From: Ktedonobacteria bacterium
GTDB lineage: Bacteria; Chloroflexota; Ktedonobacteria; Ktedonobacterales; JACDGC01
Length of the DNA: 64,000 nucleotides
Direction of reading: 5' to 3'
NCBI GenBank assembly: GCA_027459785.1
Contig: DAIDGU010000057.1
Location: forward strand, 34,150-98,149
Below the pieces are notes generated by a model that worked only from the letters and a program-made list of their open reading frames with translations, did no database searches and was not told the DNA's origin. Made by a program: the position numbers and the translations under genes. This document shows positions 61,026 to 64,000 of this stretch, in pieces; position 1 is the stretch's first letter, and every line of letters begins with the position of its first letter.

Positions 61026-61802
61026 GTGTCTGATACATCGACAACGCCGCACATCGCCCCGTCCCCCGCTGCCACGCCGGAAGGCTGGTCGCGCGCGGAT
61101 CTGCACATTCACACCAATCTGGGCGACGGCACCGCCGGCCCGCGTCGCGTGGTGGAAGAAGCCGCCCGGCGCGGGCTGCGCGTCATCGCCGTCACGGATC
61201 ACGACCACCTGGACGGTGCCAAGCGCGTCGCGGACATCCTGGCCGCCGAGCAACTGCCCATCGATCTCATCATGGGATCAGAGGTGACGACGCGTAGCGG
61301 CCATTTCATCGGCCTCTTCCTGGAAAAGCGCATCAAGGCCGGCAAGTCGGTGGAATATGCCATCGATGCCATCAAGGAGCAGGGGGGCTTGTGCATCGCG
61401 CCGCATCCGCTGGGCTGGCTCGTCCCCAGCCTGAGCCGCCGCAAGATCGAGGATCTGCTCAATCGCGGCTTCGCCATCGACGGCATCGAACTGTATAATC
61501 CCTCGCCGGCCAACGCCTCGGAGCGTACTAAGGTCGCCGCGCTGAACCAACAGTGGGGTTTCGCCGCCGTCGGCAGCAGCGACGCGCACTTCTGGCAACA
61601 TATCGGCGCGGGCTACACGCTCTTCCCCGGCAGCACCGCCGCCGACCTGCGCCGCGCCATCGAGGAGCGCCAGACGCGCCAGGGCGGCCAGGAGGCCAAG
61701 CCCACGCCGTTGCCCATCCCCGCCTATGTCGCCCAGTGCGCCTGGAGCTGGTTCGTCGATCCGCCGCGCCGCACCCTGCGCGCCTGGCGCGACCCGGTGT
61801 AA
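61026..61802 (+). CDS. PHP-domain phosphoesterase
   Basis: DLHIHT, AVTDHD, GSEV, APHP, GSSDAH. Confidence 0.9.
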   Translation: MSDTSTTPHIAPSPAATPEGWSRADLHIHTNLGDGTAGPRRVVEEAARRGLRVIAVTDHDHLDGAKRVADILAAEQLPIDLIMGSEVTTRSGHFIGLFLEKRIKAGKSVEYAIDAIKEQGGLCIAPHPLGWLVPSLSRRKIEDLLNRGFAIDGIELYNPSPANASERTKVAALNQQWGFAAVGSSDAHFWQHIGAGYTLFPGSTAADLRRAIEERQTRQGGQEAKPTPLPIPAYVAQCAWSWFVDPPRRTLRAWRDPV

Positions 61803-61828
61803 TCGGCCCTTGTTGGATAATCAATATG

Positions 61829-62007
61829 GGTAACGGAGGACAGACATTCCCCATAACTCTGGAGGATAAACATTCCTGTCTGTCACCCGATCACCTGGAG
61901 GACAGACATTCCTGTCTGTCACCCTTCCCCGGAGGACAAACATTCTCCCTCACCCCGGAGGACAAACATTCCTGTCTGTCCGGCCTTGATGACCACCGTC
62001 TGTCCCC
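61829..62007. repeat. Cluster of five GGAGGA(C/T)A(G/A)ACATTC(CTGTCTGTC) REP units
   Basis: Units at about 61835, 61861, 61897, 61931, 61957; related single copies at 6371, 8885, 46376, 51617, 62194. Confidence 0.8.
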
Positions 62008-62285
62008 GCAACGGGTATACCTCGTCCTAGCCCGGAGGGGTTCCTTTTCCGAGCCGGGGGGTTTAACCCCCGGTGTGCTGGCGATGATGTGATCGGCCCC
62101 CGGTGTGCCGGCGACGATGGGAACGCTGCCCCCGACGGGGTATATCCGCCTTATTTTGTAAAACGGCATAATCGCGCCCATACACTGCCATGCGTGGGCC
62201 GGACATTCCTGTCCGCCGTGTTGGCCGGCCATGTGCGGACAAGCGTTGCCAGATAGGTGATTGGTATCCGGAGGAGGTAATTACC

Positions 62286-63107
62286 ATGCCCAATGCGACG
62301 ATCAACGGCATCACCATGCATTATGCGGATTACGGGCCGGCGACGGGGCTGCCGGTGATCTTGCTGCATGCGTTCCCCACGCGGGGCGATCTGTGGGCGG
62401 GTCAAGCTCAGGCGCTGGCGACGGAGATCGGCAGCCGCGTGATCGTGCCGGATCTGCGTGGCTTCGGCGCGACGGACGCGCCCGCCGGGCCGTATCCGAT
62501 GGACCTGCTGGCGCGCGACGTGTTGGCGCTGGCGGATCTCCTGAACTTGCCGCGTTTCGTCTTGGGTGGCATGTCGATGGGCGGCTATATCGCCTTCGCC
62601 GTGGTCCGCCTGGCCGGCGACCGCCTGCGTGGCTTGATCCTAGCTGATACGCGCGCCGGGGCCGATAGCGACGATGGCCGTGCCGGGCGCGAGTCCGTGG
62701 CGCAACTGGCGGAGCGCGAGGGATCTGCTGCCGTGGCTGAACTGATGGTGCCACGCCTGCTTTCCGGCGCGGGTACGATGAATCCCGACCTATCCCGCAC
62801 CGTGCGCGGCTGGATCTCGGCGAACCAGCCGCAAGGCATCGCGGGAGCGACACGCGGGATGGCCCTCCGGCCCGACTCGACCGAACTGCTGGGCCGGATC
62901 GCCTGCCCCACGCTGGTCATCTGTGGCGACCTGGATACGACGACCCCCATCCACGAGGCGCGGGCTATGTTCGAGGCGCTCCCCGCCGCCACCCTGGAAG
63001 TCATGGTCAACGCCGCTCACCTGAGCAATCTGGAAGCGCCCGACGCCTTCAATATGACGCTGATACATTTCGTGCGCGGCCTGGAACAGGCGACTCCTGC
63101 CGGGTGA
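62286..63107 (+). CDS. Alpha/beta fold hydrolase
   Basis: LLHAFP, DLRGFG, GMSMG nucleophile elbow, AAHLSNLE. Confidence 0.92.
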   Translation: MPNATINGITMHYADYGPATGLPVILLHAFPTRGDLWAGQAQALATEIGSRVIVPDLRGFGATDAPAGPYPMDLLARDVLALADLLNLPRFVLGGMSMGGYIAFAVVRLAGDRLRGLILADTRAGADSDDGRAGRESVAQLAEREGSAAVAELMVPRLLSGAGTMNPDLSRTVRGWISANQPQGIAGATRGMALRPDSTELLGRIACPTLVICGDLDTTTPIHEARAMFEALPAATLEVMVNAAHLSNLEAPDAFNMTLIHFVRGLEQATPAG

Positions 63108-63272
63108 TGCCCAGGACGGGTGATCACAACCGTACTAGCTACCGCATCCATGCTCGCCATCCACTCCCCCGATAAGTGTTCTTTCTAGGACTTTCTGCCC
63201 GTTCCTCTTGCAGAGCAGGCACATCTGCGCTAGGATACAAGCCAGCCTCGTTGAGCAGGAGCAGGGAATCGT

Positions 63273-64000
63273 ATGGATTTGCAGGATTTGGGTGCGTGGG
63301 ATAGCCGGCTGGTGCGTGGTATGGCGCTGCCGGGCATCGCGCCGGAGACCGGAGATGCGCTGGTGACGGCGCTGGGGGCGCTGGGGTGCGAAGCGGAATA
63401 CGGCATCGATCTGCTGCACAGCAACGCGACATTGCCGCGCCCGACGCAGTCCCAGGGCGACCATTGGCTGCGCCAGTGTTACGGGCTGTGCCAGCGCCTC
63501 ATTCGTCTGTCGGCGGAATATGAGGTGGCGGCGCAAAGCTACCTGACCGCGCTGGAACGCCTGGATGGGCAGGTAGCCGTCCTGCCGACGGCACAGGCGG
63601 GGGCGAGCCGCGATTCCTGGTCGGCGCAATTCGATGCCACGCCGGACGTGTGGTGGCCGGAACGCGGCGACATCGCGCTGGCTGGCGAGCCGTGGGACTT
63701 CTGGCTGCGGCGGGCGGGATATTCTTATCGCCACGTCGTCACCGTCGGGCTGACGGAACACCTAGAAGCCCTCAGCGATGCGCTGCATCTGGTATTGCAT
63801 GCGCTGCACACCCTGCCACCGGGCGGCGTGCTGACGCATGCTTCGCTGGCCCTGGGCTTGCACATGCTTTCCGCCACCTTCGAAGGCGACCTGATCCCCC
63901 ATCACATGCTGGATATCGACGACCGGCATGTGGGCCTGCTGACGGGCATCGCGGCCATCGCCCGGCTACAGACTGGCTCCGCCAGCCTGCCCACCGATAT
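63273..64000 (+). CDS. Hypothetical protein (runs off the window)
   Basis: Open frame MDLQDLGAWDSRLVRG... to the window end; AGGAG/AGGGA RBS. Confidence 0.7.
   Translation, partial: MDLQDLGAWDSRLVRGMALPGIAPETGDALVTALGALGCEAEYGIDLLHSNATLPRPTQSQGDHWLRQCYGLCQRLIRLSAEYEVAAQSYLTALERLDGQVAVLPTAQAGASRDSWSAQFDATPDVWWPERGDIALAGEPWDFWLRRAGYSYRHVVTVGLTEHLEALSDALHLVLHALHTLPPGGVLTHASLALGLHMLSATFEGDLIPHHMLDIDDRHVGLLTGIAAIARLQTGSASLPTD

Noticed and set aside
61829..62007. Repeated GGAGGACAGACATTCC units as CRISPR
   Set aside because: Irregular 26-36 bp period, degenerate units, tiny spacers and dispersed copies; fits REP

Overview
GC-rich bacterial chromosomal segment, most likely Chloroflexota (Ktedonobacteria-like; inferred from gene content and a secretin-free Tad locus). 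It carries housekeeping genes (tpiA-pgk-gap, HU, accC, lepB, panD, murJ, glnA, class I aldolase, dcd, msrA, argS, coaX), a Flp/Tad pilus cluster split by a low-GC insert and preceded by a DegS/DegU-like pair, an IS200-type HUH transposase flanked by inverted REP-like hairpins, and several dispersed REP/MITE-like repeat families. The strongest non-coding signal is that the window appears to contain the chromosomal origin. A gene-free block at about 51.1-51.6 kb is packed with DnaA boxes around an AT-rich core flanked by two convergent unwinding-system-like modules, with no dnaA/dnaN/parAB in the window. At least ten parS palindromes (TGTTCCACGTGGAACA) are spread over 38 kb on one side, several inside Tad coding sequence. 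Gene names come from motif recognition only; no searches were run.
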